This document shows positions 41,317 through 51,559 of a stretch of 61,193 nucleotides of DNA, in pieces. The stretch is from a virus (taxonomy: Duplodnaviria; Caudoviricetes), in IMG/VR virus record IMGVR_UViG_3300027419_000034, positions 1-61,193 of that record; one strand, given 5' to 3'. Made by a program: the position numbers and the translations under genes. Numbering within the stretch: position 1 is the stretch's first letter; every line of letters starts with the position of its first letter. Below the pieces are notes generated by a model. It had not been told where the DNA came from. It saw only the letters and a program-made list of their open reading frames with translations, and did not search any database.

Positions 41317-41949
41317 ATGAATACAGGTAGAGTATGGCTGACAGCAGATACACACTTTAGCCACGAAGTAATGATAGACAAATATGGAAGACCATTTAAG
41401 AATGCGACTGAGATGGATTCCAAACTCATTAAAGCGTGGAATAACTGTGTAGCACCAAATGATACTATACTCCATCTAGGAGACCTATCAATAGTATGCG
41501 GAGACAAAATAGGGTTTATCAACGCAACCAAAATGCAACAAATACTCAATGGACTTAATGGACATAAAGTATTAATTAAAGGTAATCACGATAAGAAATC
41601 AAACGCTTGGTATATGAAAGTAGGATTTGATAATGTCTGTGATGCAATGGTAATAAGTAATAATATATTTACTCATACACCAGTAAAGAGAGAACTAATG
41701 CAATACTTTAAGTATAACTTTCACGGACACCATCACGCTAATGTATCAGAGAGATATAGAAAGAGTGATGGTTATGTTTGTGTTTCTGTAGAAAGAACTA
41801 AGTATCAACCAGTATTATTGAATGGTTTATTGAAAGATTTAAATAACGTGGTTAAACCAAATCATAAAAAATATATTTCTAATCCTGCTTTATATGAAAA
41901 TGATATAGAGGATTGGACAGAGTTTTATAAAGAAAAAACGGAAGGATAA
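41317..41949 (+). CDS. Calcineurin-like metallophosphoesterase
   Basis: DTH, LGD, GNHD, THTP, HGHHH. Confidence 0.92.
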   Translation: MNTGRVWLTADTHFSHEVMIDKYGRPFKNATEMDSKLIKAWNNCVAPNDTILHLGDLSIVCGDKIGFINATKMQQILNGLNGHKVLIKGNHDKKSNAWYMKVGFDNVCDAMVISNNIFTHTPVKRELMQYFKYNFHGHHHANVSERYRKSDGYVCVSVERTKYQPVLLNGLLKDLNNVVKPNHKKYISNPALYENDIEDWTEFYKEKTEG

Positions 41950-42307
41950 TTTATGGCTAGAAAATTTAATCAAACGAAAAGAAAAACTATTCTAGCAAGA
42001 TATGTAGATTATCCAGATGGTTTTACTTTAATATTTGATAAACCATTAAAAATTAATTCTGATAGAATATATTTTCTATATAATAAATATGATTCAGAAA
42101 CGCATATGGCGTTATTGGATATATATCAAAGGAGAGTGAATAAAAAATGACTAGAAAAAGTTGTATCTTCTGCAAGAAGGTAAAGAATAAGAGTTGTCCT
42201 TATCATAAGGAAAAAGAATCATATATGAATGATAAAGAATTCTATGCATATATTGATAAGAAATCAACAAAAGGAAAGAAAAAGAACAAGAAGAAGAAGT
42301 GAGTTAA

Positions 42308-43265
42308 ATGAGTTGGAAGTTTTGCGATATCGAATCAATGGAGCATCCAGAACAAGACACTCCTAGACTATGACGAAGATGAAATAGTCGTAGAAGAAAA
42401 AGTTGATGGTGGAAATGGTTGCTTCTTTGCAGATGAAGATGGTCTAATTCATATCTGTAGTCGTAATCGTGACTTGATAAGTGATAAGGACACCAAGACT
42501 TTTGCTTTACAACAGAAGTGGCTTTCAACTCAACTCTATAAAGACAAAGTAATAGTTCCAAAAGAATATTACTTCTACTTTGAGCATATGCAGAAGCACA
42601 CTATTCCTTATGGTGATAGTATTCCACCAGTAATAGGATTAGATATTAGACCAAAGGAAGGTGCATTTGGAAAGACACCAATGTTTATTAGTAGAGATAC
42701 AAAGGTTAAGATGTTTACTGAACTTGGTATTCCAACAGTATCTCTTAAGTGGCAAGGTAAAGTTAAGGATTTCAAGAAGTTGAATCTTGAAGATACTGCT
42801 GGTGTTAATTATCACCAGTTACTTGGAACTAGTGCTTACTATCAAGGAGAACCCGAAGGTATTGTAATCAAGAACTATGGTCGTTGTAATGTTTATGGTA
42901 GGCAGATGTTTGGTAAGATAGTTCGTAAAGATTTCAAGGAACTTAACAAGGCTGTCTTCGGTGGAGTTAAGAAGGATAGAAGCGAAACTCTTAAGTTGGT
43001 AGAGTATGCTTGCACTCCTGCTAGAGTTAAGAAGGCTATTCATTCTCTTACTATTGAGGGTGGGAATAAGTTAGAACGTGGTTTGATGAAGCATCTTCCT
43101 ATGACTGTGGTTAAGGATATTTTTAAGGAAGAGTATGAGTATATTCTTAAGAATTGTAAGGAAGTTGATATTCAGACTATGAAGCAGGTTGTTGCTAAAG
43201 AGTGTTTGAGACAACTTGATATAGCAATATATGAGAAAGATAATGGTGAGAAGAATGAAATCTAA
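42308..43265 (+). CDS. RNA ligase (Rnl2-like), frameshifted near the 5' end
   Basis: EEKVDGGN, CSRNR, EGIVIK in one frame; ATG 42308 is in another frame ending at TGA 42371. Confidence 0.75.
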
Positions 43266-44124
43266 AGAATATTCTATACAACTAGAATCTGTGAAAGGAA
43301 CTAGGTATAGGACAGAAATAATGTTTATCAATAAAAATGATGATATTGCTGGTTATGGAGAAAGCATAACCACAAGTAGAATATTTAATAATAAAACTAC
43401 AATAAGAAAGATTATATTATATAATAAGAATAGAGAAGTTGGAACTAGAATATTACCAAAAAGAATAAAGGTTAATAAAGGAGATAATGTAATAGTTGAT
43501 TGGGGAACTATAATTGTTAAATCTTTACGCTGAGTGGTATATCCAAGTGACGGCTTGGTTCAGACAATAGAAATATGGTAGCAGACTCGCCCCTCTAAAT
43601 AAACGTGCTGGTGGCAAGATAAGGTATGTGATTACGCAGGTCAAGACTGTTCTTGAGATACACTTATCCCCCGATGCCTTTCCCATTGAACACCTGATGG
43701 GAATTTCGAGTTGTCTAAATGGAGTTGATTTAAATGTTGTATAAGATTGAATATCAAGAATGGAATACAGGAACTAAAAGCTATAAGGATTATGGTTCTA
43801 AATATGTATCTTCAAATAGTATAGATAATGCACTATATAAGATTAGTCATACTTTACACAATAAATGGGAAGCAGATTGTAGTTATAGATTTGAGATAAC
43901 TAATATTCAAAAAGTTGCAAATGGTGTTATAAGATGAAATTATTTGAAGTAAATACAAACTTTAAAATGCTTGGATTCTATGGAATATCAAGACGTTACT
44001 ATGTAATAGCAGAAAACGAAGATGAAGTTCTCAATAAAGTTATTGTTAATATTAGAAATAAGAAGTTAAAGAAGTTAGTATCATATAGTATAGAAGAAGT
44101 TAAAACTGATGGGTTGGTTTTCTA

Positions 44125-44430
44125 ATGAATAAAGAAGAAAAGTTTAAACTTATAAGAGAAGAGTTTGATAAGATTAAAGAACTTGGATTCGAGCAAATGC
44201 ATAAACATATCTTACAAATAGAAGATGATGAAATAAGATATGCAGTAGGAATTAAGATGGTTCAAATCATAGCACTAAATTCTAGCAAGTTCCATCCACT
44301 CATAGGAATAGGAATCATAGAACACGCTAAGTTGGGATTTGAAGAATACTTTGCCGCTATTATGCCTAGAATAGAAGAACAGGCTAAAAAGAAAAGTGAT
44401 GCAAATGTCGAGAAAAAGATTCAAGAATGA
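44125..44430 (+). CDS. Hypothetical protein
   Basis: 101 aa ORF. Confidence 0.6.
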   Translation: MNKEEKFKLIREEFDKIKELGFEQMHKHILQIEDDEIRYAVGIKMVQIIALNSSKFHPLIGIGIIEHAKLGFEEYFAAIMPRIEEQAKKKSDANVEKKIQE

Positions 44431-44492
44431 AGACTACGAGAAATGCAAGAAGTGTGTTTATGAAGAAGGTTGCGATTTAGAACCTTCTACTT

Positions 44493-44900
44493 GTGGTTAC
44501 TATAAAAAGAAGAAGAGGAATGATTATGTCTGAATTTTCTACAGCAGTAAAACATATTAAATTCTCATATGACTATGATAAACTTCCTGAGAAGTGGGAA
44601 AATACAAAAGCAGTTCTAAAATATATTGAACCTATTAGGTTGGAATCACAAAATTCAACTCTAATAGAATTTGATACTCGTTTTAGAGCATTTGATTATG
44701 TTGAGATGTTTAGGCATCCGGGAATATATAAGAATTGTCATTATTCTTTGCCTAAGTCGGGTAAGTATTTGTTCTTGCTTTTTAAGCACGAATCTGGTGC
44801 ATTGTTCTTTACTCAGCGTAGATGGACTATTGATAAAGAAAAATGGTATATGGGTTCTATTGGAGAAGAATTTGTTATGCTTAAGACTGAGGCGAAGTAA
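44493..44900 (+). CDS. Hypothetical protein
   Basis: IKFS..Y.KL...FT.RR.T..K..WY pattern. Confidence 0.65.
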   Translation: MVTIKRRRGMIMSEFSTAVKHIKFSYDYDKLPEKWENTKAVLKYIEPIRLESQNSTLIEFDTRFRAFDYVEMFRHPGIYKNCHYSLPKSGKYLFLLFKHESGALFFTQRRWTIDKEKWYMGSIGEEFVMLKTEAK

Positions 44901-45362
44901 TGTGGAAGAGTCTAAGGAGTTTGAAAATAGCACAGACTTTGGTAATAATGTTGTTATTACTTTTAGTAGTGGTGATGATTTAGAAATTCGTTCTAAACAA
45001 ATAAATAGTGAAATGATGAAAGACTTTACTACTAGATTTCATAAAGGTATAGAATTTATAATAATTGAAGATGATGAACTTAAACTTGTTCATCACATTC
45101 GTGTAGATAAAATAAATTATATTACTTGTTATTTGAATGAAAAGAAGTGATTTTTATGGAAAGAGCTATAACAAAGAAACAGTTAAAGAAAATAGTTAAA
45201 ATTTTTAATAGAGAGTTTAGTAAACCATTTTTAGAGAATGGTATTGTTAAAGCAAAGTATTATAAAGAAGAGAATATAATAAATATACAGATTGGAGCAA
45301 GGGATATAGACATAGATAACAGACTTAAGGTTGTCGGTTCTGGAACTTGCTTATTTTAAGTT

Positions 45363-45436
45363 GGGGATTTAGCTCAGTTCGGTAGAGCATCTGTTTTGCA
45401 AATAGAAGGCCGCGAGTTCAAATCTCGCTTTCTCCA
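45363..45436 (+). tRNA. tRNA-Ala(TGC)
   Basis: TCTGT-TTTGCAA-ATAGA; G3-U70; two acceptor mismatches. Confidence 0.85.
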
Positions 45437-45451
45437 CTAATATTTATTGAA

Positions 45452-45976
45452 GTGTTTATTATGAATTTACTGGTTGTTACAAATTTACAGGAAGCCAATA
45501 TTGCTCTTGAATATCCAATAACATTACGAGAATTAATGTTCTTACAAGAATCTAATATGATTGAAAATGTATATTCATCTAGTGCTTTAATTGATGCTGC
45601 TATAGCTTGGACTTACTTAAAATCAAAGAAGGACTTAACTGAAAAAGATATTCTTAAAGCACATAGTGCATTAATGCGTTCTTATCTTCCTGATAATGAG
45701 GCTGGACATTATAGGACTGTTCAAGTTTATGTTACTGGTTGTAAAGACCTTCCTCCAAAGGCAGAAGAAGTTCCTGCTTTAATGGAAGAGTGGATGGGTA
45801 GAGAGTTTGATAATGAGGAACAGCAGCACGTTGCTTTTGAGAAGATTCATCCTTTTGTGGATGGTAATGGTCGTATTGGTCGTATGTTGTATAATAGGCA
45901 AAGGATTATAAACAAGAAACCAGTTAATGTTATACGCGCTTCTAATAGACAAGAATATTATAAGTGGTTTGAATGA
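45452..45976 (+). CDS. Fic-domain protein
   Basis: HPFVDGNGRIGR. Confidence 0.95.
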   Translation: MFIMNLLVVTNLQEANIALEYPITLRELMFLQESNMIENVYSSSALIDAAIAWTYLKSKKDLTEKDILKAHSALMRSYLPDNEAGHYRTVQVYVTGCKDLPPKAEEVPALMEEWMGREFDNEEQQHVAFEKIHPFVDGNGRIGRMLYNRQRIINKKPVNVIRASNRQEYYKWFE

Positions 45977-46096
45977 CACATAATATAGATAATATGTCAT
46001 TATGTAAGAATGGTTGTTACTGCTTTACATATACAGTTAGAGAAACTAATTGTTGTGGAAAGTGTGGTGTGTATAAAGGAGATTGGAAAGATTAAC

Positions 46097-46172
46097 GGGG
46101 AATAAGTGCTATCTGGTTGCATTAGGCGTTTGGAACGCTTCGGTATCGGTTCAAATCCGGTATTCCTCACCA
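46097..46172 (+). tRNA. tRNA-Pro(TGG)
   Basis: AGGCG-TTTGGAA-CGCTT; CCA encoded. Confidence 0.85.
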
Positions 46173-46176
46173 TTGT

Positions 46177-46250
46177 GGCTCATTCGTATATGAGTATTAT
46201 AGTTGCTTGTCAGGCAATTGAAACGAGTGCGAGTCTCGTATGGGTCGCCA
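46177..46250 (+). tRNA. tRNA-Asp(GTC)
   Basis: GTTGC-TTGTCAG-GCAAT; G73, CCA. Confidence 0.8.
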
Positions 46251-46434
46251 TTAATATATAGAGGGTGTTAAACACGAAAGAACAAGAACTCTAACATTAG
46301 TCCTTCGGGACTTGTTAGAGGAATATAAATGACATCTAAAAACTATAGAAGACTTCCAAAAAATAGGTTAAGAACAAAGTGGTGGAAGATATATAGTAGT
46401 AATGGTGGAAAGAAATAACTTTCTACTATAATAT

Positions 46435-46507
46435 GGGTTTATGGTCTAACTAGGTAGGACAGAAGGTTTACATCCTTCTAGTGAAGATTCAAATTCTTCT
46501 AAGCCCA
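46435..46507 (+). tRNA. tRNA-Val(TAC)
   Basis: GAAGG-TTTACAT-CCTTC. Confidence 0.85.
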
Positions 46508-46529
46508 CTCCGCTAGGTCACACCAAATA

Positions 46530-46600
46530 GGTCTTATAGTTTAGTGGAAAAACACTATGCTGATAACGTAGTGTCCCAAGTTCGATTCTTGGTAAGACCA
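46530..46600 (+). tRNA. tRNA-Ile(GAT)
   Basis: CTATG-CTGATAA-CGTAG. Confidence 0.9.
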
Positions 46601-46605
46601 TTTAT

Positions 46606-46680
46606 GGACGTATAGCTCAATGGCAGAGCTACAGTCTTATACGCTGTTGGTTGGCAGTTCGAGTCTGCCTATGTCCACCA
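46606..46680 (+). tRNA. tRNA-Ile(TAT)
   Basis: ACAGT-CTTATAC-GCTGT; CCA. Confidence 0.88.
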
Positions 46681-46866
46681 TTGTGATTAGTATGAGAAAT
46701 CTAAGAAAAGTGAAGAAAGTAGAGAATTGGATAGCAAAGATTAAACGTGAATCTCCTAAAGGAGTAAGTGTATATGCTTTATCTCACGAAGAGATAGAAG
46801 TTGGTTATCCTGCTATGTCTGGTTTGATTGCTCATAGATATAATATAGCTATTACGTTTATTGAAT

Positions 46867-46938
46867 AGAGATATGGTATAACGGCTATTACAGAGGGCTC
46901 ATAACCCTTTAACGAAAGTTCGACTCTTTCTATCTCTA
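46867..46938 (+). tRNA. Initiator tRNA-Met(CAT)
   Basis: GAGGG-CTCATAA-CCCTT (three G-C pairs); A1-U72. Confidence 0.88.
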
Positions 46939-46941
46939 TAT

Positions 46942-47013
46942 GCCGTAATAACATAATGGTGGTGTGCCTGCCCTGTAAGCAGGAATGTGTAGGTTCGATT
47001 CCTACTTACGGCA
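46942..47013 (+). tRNA. tRNA-Thr(TGT)
   Basis: CCTGC-CCTGTAA-GCAGG; C33. Confidence 0.8.
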
Positions 47014-47016
47014 CTT

Positions 47017-47091
47017 GGATTCGTAGCATAGTTCGGATAATGCGCTTGGCTCTTAACCAAGATATCAAGGGTTCAAATCCCTTCGAGTCCG
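47017..47091 (+). tRNA. tRNA-Lys(CTT)
   Basis: CTTGG-CTCTTAA-CCAAG. Confidence 0.92.
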
Positions 47092-47096
47092 CTTAA

Positions 47097-47169
47097 GCCG
47101 TAATAGCATAATGGTTATTGCACTTGTCTAGTAAACAAGAGATTATAGGTTCGAGTCCTATTTACGGCA
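47097..47169 (+). tRNA. tRNA-Thr(AGT)
   Basis: CTTGT-CTAGTAA-ACAAG. Confidence 0.9.
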
Positions 47170-47414
47170 TACAAAAGTTGGTGATTGATATGGGTAAGAA
47201 GTTTAATGAAGCACAGTTAAAGATAAAACAGATAGAGACGGATATGAAGACTTGTGATATAATGTCTGATAAGTATAGAAATCAGAAAGAAATATTAAAT
47301 GAGCAAAGAAAAATGCTTATTAAAGAATGGTATGGAGTTAATGAAGGAGAGATTATAACTGCTAATACTATTATTAATATTGTTAGATGTATTGATAAGC
47401 AAAAGAAGTAATAA

Positions 47415-47485
47415 GACTATATAGTATAACGGGAGTATATTGGGCTGAAGACCTGAAGGCAAGAGTTCGACTCTCTTTATAGTCA
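47415..47485 (+). tRNA. tRNA-Phe(GAA)
   Basis: TTGGG-CTGAAGA-CCTGA. Confidence 0.85.
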
Positions 47486-47491
47486 TATAAA

Positions 47492-47821
47492 GTGATTACT
47501 ATGGTTAAAGAAGAAGGAACTATAGCTCAACAGACAGAGCAACACTCTACGAAAGTGCAGGCTGTGGGTGCAACTCCCTCTAGTTCCGCTTACGAGTTAA
47601 GTGATAAAGAAAAGTTTGCAGTAGAAATAGTTATTAAGAATCACGAATGTGAAGTTACTAAAGCATTAAAGAATACACATTGTCTTATTAGAAAGATAGA
47701 TAAGATTATAGAGGATGCTTTTACATATAAATATACTCAGACTGGTATTGGAACTGTAACAGAAATTACTTGTGACTTCTGTGATAAAACTTATAATATT
47801 ACTGACTATTCTACTTGGTGA
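47492..47821 (+). CDS. Hypothetical protein overlapping tRNA-Arg
   Basis: C-term YTQTGIGT...CxxC...ITDYSTW looks like a real phage protein. Confidence 0.5.
   Translation: MITMVKEEGTIAQQTEQHSTKVQAVGATPSSSAYELSDKEKFAVEIVIKNHECEVTKALKNTHCLIRKIDKIIEDAFTYKYTQTGIGTVTEITCDFCDKTYNITDYSTW
47516..47588 (+). tRNA. tRNA-Arg(ACG)
   Basis: ACACT-CTACGAA-AGTGC; acceptor GGAACTA/TAGTTCC. Confidence 0.75.
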
Positions 47822-47948
47822 TTATTATGCACGAACATAAATATAAGTTAGTAGATTTTAGTTTTACTAATAATGGTATATGTATGTTAGTAAGATGTGA
47901 ACATCCTAATTGTGGTAAAGAAGTTCATAGTATAGAACACGATTAGAT

Positions 47949-48020
47949 GGGTTTATAGCTCAACGGCAGAGTGTTCGGCTTTTAACCGGAAAGATTAGGG
48001 TTCGATTCCCTATAGACCCA
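47949..48020 (+). tRNA. tRNA-Lys(TTT)
   Basis: TTCGG-CTTTTAA-CCGGA. Confidence 0.92.
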
Positions 48021-48024
48021 CTAT

Positions 48025-48099
48025 GATTATGTTGATGTATTGGTAGCATCCGAGTCTGTGGAACTTGTTGAAAGGGTTCGATTCCCTTACATAATCCCA
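48025..48099 (+). tRNA. tRNA-His(GTG)
   Basis: CGAGT-CTGTGGA-ACTTG; G-1/C73, CCA. Confidence 0.88.
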
Positions 48100-48568
48100 T
48101 TATATTGGGGTGTATTATATGGAAACTATATGGAAAGGTAGAATTGCAATAAATGAATTACAAAAATATCCTACTTGTTTTACAGAACATTTTTATACTA
48201 CTGGAAATACTATAGATGATGCAATTGCTAAAATAAAGAGTTATCTTGAAAAAGAAAAGATTAAGAACTTTGAAATTTTAGAATTAACTTCTTGTTATGG
48301 AACTTTTATTTGAGGTGTATTTGAATGAGTGATAATATTTGGAATATAATTAGTAATGCTAAGAATACTGGTTCTACTATAACTATTGATACTATATATC
48401 ATATTAGAGATGATTATTGTGATTGTGATGAAAGGTGTCATAAGTGTGGTAAGAAGAAGAAAAAGTCTTATCCTTATATAGAACCATTTTCTCCAGCACC
48501 AGACTATCCATATTGGAGTGAACCATATAAGGATGGAATGATTTCCGTAGTTTATTGTAGGTGCTAAG

Positions 48569-48757
48569 ATGAGTGACTGGACTTGGAAACAATATGCCAT
48601 CTACTTGTTTAGGTGGCAATTATCCACTCCAATATTAGCATTAGTATTAATGTTAATGGTTGGATATGATACTTGGGTATCAACTATAGTTGCTAATCTT
48701 ATTGGTGGTTTGATGTTCTTTTGGATTGATATGAGAATATTCAATAAAAAGAAGTGA
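48569..48757 (+). CDS. Small two-TM membrane protein
   Basis: YLFRWQLSTPILA...VANLIGG.MFFWID. Confidence 0.7.
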   Translation: MSDWTWKQYAIYLFRWQLSTPILALVLMLMVGYDTWVSTIVANLIGGLMFFWIDMRIFNKKK

Positions 48758-49232
48758 TTTTATGAATAAACAAATTGGTTGGCAAGAAGCGTTAAGATTG
48801 TTTTATTGTATTCTATTACTTGTAATGTTTTATTTTGGAATGCTTTTTGAACAGTCTAGAGCTTTAGATGTTACAATATCTAACTGTTCATATATTACAA
48901 TACCAAACATTAATAAAACTCAGGATATAATTATTACTGTGACCCCATTACCGACTCCAAGTATTTCGACTGGAAGTAATCCTATTCTGAATAAGATTTT
49001 ACAGGGTAATTATACTGTAAATTATCTTAAGGCTCATTCAGATGGTATTATGGATTATCCTGCCGCTTATAAGATTTGTGATGAGTATATCTGTGTAAGA
49101 TTAACAGTAAATGAGTTTAAAGATTTGAACATAACTGGTGATTGATGTGGGATATTTTAATGAGATGGCAATACCAATTATGCAGAAGTTAGCAGAGAAG
49201 AAAGGTAAGAAGAAAAAGAAGGAAGTTATAGT

Positions 49233-49985
49233 ATGACTGAATTTGAAGATAAGTTTTATAGTGGTATTAGGAAGTATATGATTCAGGAAGAACGTAATCT
49301 TCCTAATGTATATAGAATATCATCTTGTGTATATTGTAAGAGAAAGTCTTATTATTCTAAGGTTTTGAAGAAGCAGTCTGAACCTAATGGTAAGATGCTT
49401 TCTGGAACTTTGTTTCATAGTATTGTTCCTAAAGTTGTTGGAGAACTCATAGAGTTTAAAGACGTTGAGTATGAGAAAGAGTTAGAGTTAGTTTTTGATG
49501 GTTATAAGGTTTTAGGTCATTGTGATGGTTATAGTAAAGATACTTTGTTTGAGTTTAAGTTTACTGCTAAGATAGATTATGAAGAAGTTCCATTACAGTA
49601 TATACTACAGTCTAATTACTATGCTGGTATTGCTAATAAACCTAAGATTAAGATTATACTAATACATAGTGATACACTAAAGGTTAGATGCTATGATATT
49701 AGTTTCTCTCAAGAACTATTTGATAGTATGAATAGAGATATACTAGAAGTTCATAAGTGTATTAGTGAAGGTAAACCACCTCTTGAAGGGCCAAAGTATT
49801 CTTGGGAGTGTAGATTTTGTCCATTCTCTAAGGAGTGTTTTGAAGAGCGTGGTAAGATAGATGAGTATAATGCTCTTATGAAGGTTGGAGAGATTATTAA
49901 GAAAAGGATTGTTAAGAGTAATAGGGCTAAGGCTATTGATGCTAGTAAGATTGTTAATGAGATTATGGAGAGGACTAAGAAATGA
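49233..49985 (+). CDS. Cas4-like PD-(D/E)XK exonuclease
   Basis: C.RK..Y, GT.FH, GHCD, FEFK, Q..YY, ECRFCPF...C. Confidence 0.88.
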   Translation: MTEFEDKFYSGIRKYMIQEERNLPNVYRISSCVYCKRKSYYSKVLKKQSEPNGKMLSGTLFHSIVPKVVGELIEFKDVEYEKELELVFDGYKVLGHCDGYSKDTLFEFKFTAKIDYEEVPLQYILQSNYYAGIANKPKIKIILIHSDTLKVRCYDISFSQELFDSMNRDILEVHKCISEGKPPLEGPKYSWECRFCPFSKECFEERGKIDEYNALMKVGEIIKKRIVKSNRAKAIDASKIVNEIMERTKK

Positions 49986-51047
49986 ATACTGTTATTAATG
50001 GTCTTAAGACTGGAGTATATAAGAAAGAAATTATACAGCATATGAAGAACTCTGGTTTCAAAGTTCTTAAATGGAGAAACAACATACCAGCTTATGCCGA
50101 AAAGGATAACAATGTTTATTCTATTAGAGTTGTAGTAGATACACCGACTACCAGTAAACCATTGATTATGATTGATGGTTTGTTTGCTATGACTAAAAAA
50201 GCCTATAATGTCCTCCAGAAGGTTAAGCCCAAGTTCGCTTGGTATCACCCCAACGAACCAAAAGAACCCAAGAAACAAAGGATAGCTGTGGTTGAGCGTC
50301 CAGATATCGTAAAACACGCCATAGACCCTGCTATACGCTAATCTGTGAGGTCTAGCGTTCAATTTAAGGGCATCTTTTGAAGGTTTTAATTGATTTAATG
50401 ACACTATAATAGTTTTTATATATAAGGTTGATATATATGGTTGTTTCTAATGATGAGTTTTCCAAATACATAAACGCAAAAATAGTATCAATAAACATAT
50501 GCAATGATATAATACATATATATATAAGAAAAGGAAACAATAAAAAAGTATTAAGTATAATAGCACCACTAGGTAAAATAGAAGAATATAAGATAATAAG
50601 ACAAGAAGGAAGTAATACAGTAATACAACCATTAAGAGTAATAGAGGAATTATAATGTGTAACCACGATACCCTACAAGCAGTAATAACATCTAATCCAC
50701 ACGGATGGGCTTCATCATCAGAAAACAGTTTTTTCATCTTCGACTCAAACAGAATGCAAACCCTAATAGGAAAAATATACCAATGCACAATATGCAAAGA
50801 AGAAATAATAATACCAACAGCATTTATATTAAAAAGGTGATACCAATGCCACTAGAAACAATAATAACAAAAAAATGGAGACTCAAAGACATAAACATAC
50901 CAACCAAAGCAAAACTCATAGAAATGGAAGAAGACTGCAATAGAGTAATAGCAGGAAACGAAGGAGACACAAAACTATTCTCACCAGCATTCGTAAACGT
51001 ATGCAAAAGCATACTAGTAGATATAAAGAAAGCAAAAGGTGTAACTA

Positions 51048-51407
51048 ATGAAACTAGCAGTAGTGGGTAGTAGAAGTCTATATAACACACAAGCACAAAC
51101 ACTATTAAGTAATACAATAGACGATATACGCGAATATGCTAAAGTAGAAGAAATAATAACTGGAGGAGCTAGTGGAATAGACGTATTAGCAATAAGATAC
51201 GCTACAATACACAGCATACCATACAAAGTAATAACACCAGACTACAACAAACACGGAAAATACGCACCACTAATAAGAAACAAACAAATAGTAGACGAAT
51301 GCGATAAACTAGTAGCAATATGGGATGGACACTCAACAGGAACATCACACACAGTAAAACTAGCAATGAAACAAAAAAAACTAATAAAAGTCCAACAAGT
51401 AGTTTAA
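51048..51407 (+). CDS. SLOG/YspA-like protein
   Basis: VVGSR, ITGGASGID, A.LIRN..IV, WDG.S.GT. Confidence 0.85.
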   Translation: MKLAVVGSRSLYNTQAQTLLSNTIDDIREYAKVEEIITGGASGIDVLAIRYATIHSIPYKVITPDYNKHGKYAPLIRNKQIVDECDKLVAIWDGHSTGTSHTVKLAMKQKKLIKVQQVV

Positions 51408-51559
51408 CTCTATCTAAGCGAATGTCGTATGGAGAAATAAACAAACGTAGTTTATTGTGACGGCAGAACTGACCCCTGTTCTAAGATTGTGCGTAAGCAC
51501 CCTAGCACTTGAAAAAGTGTTTTAGCATAGAAACTGGTCTGCCTACGATTGCTAAATAA

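Noticed and set aside
45363-45436. tRNA as prophage attachment site
   Set aside because: No integrase or att duplication; ends are circular
46620-47411. N-terminal parts of ORFs 46620..46868 and 47118..47411 (also 38138..38452)
   Set aside because: Starts fall inside tRNA or tRNA-like genes; better RBS-linked ATGs exist at 46691, 47190 and 38195
49233-49985. CRISPR-Cas system implied by the Cas4-like gene
   Set aside because: No repeat-spacer array or other cas genes seen; solo Cas4-like nucleases are common in archaeal viruses
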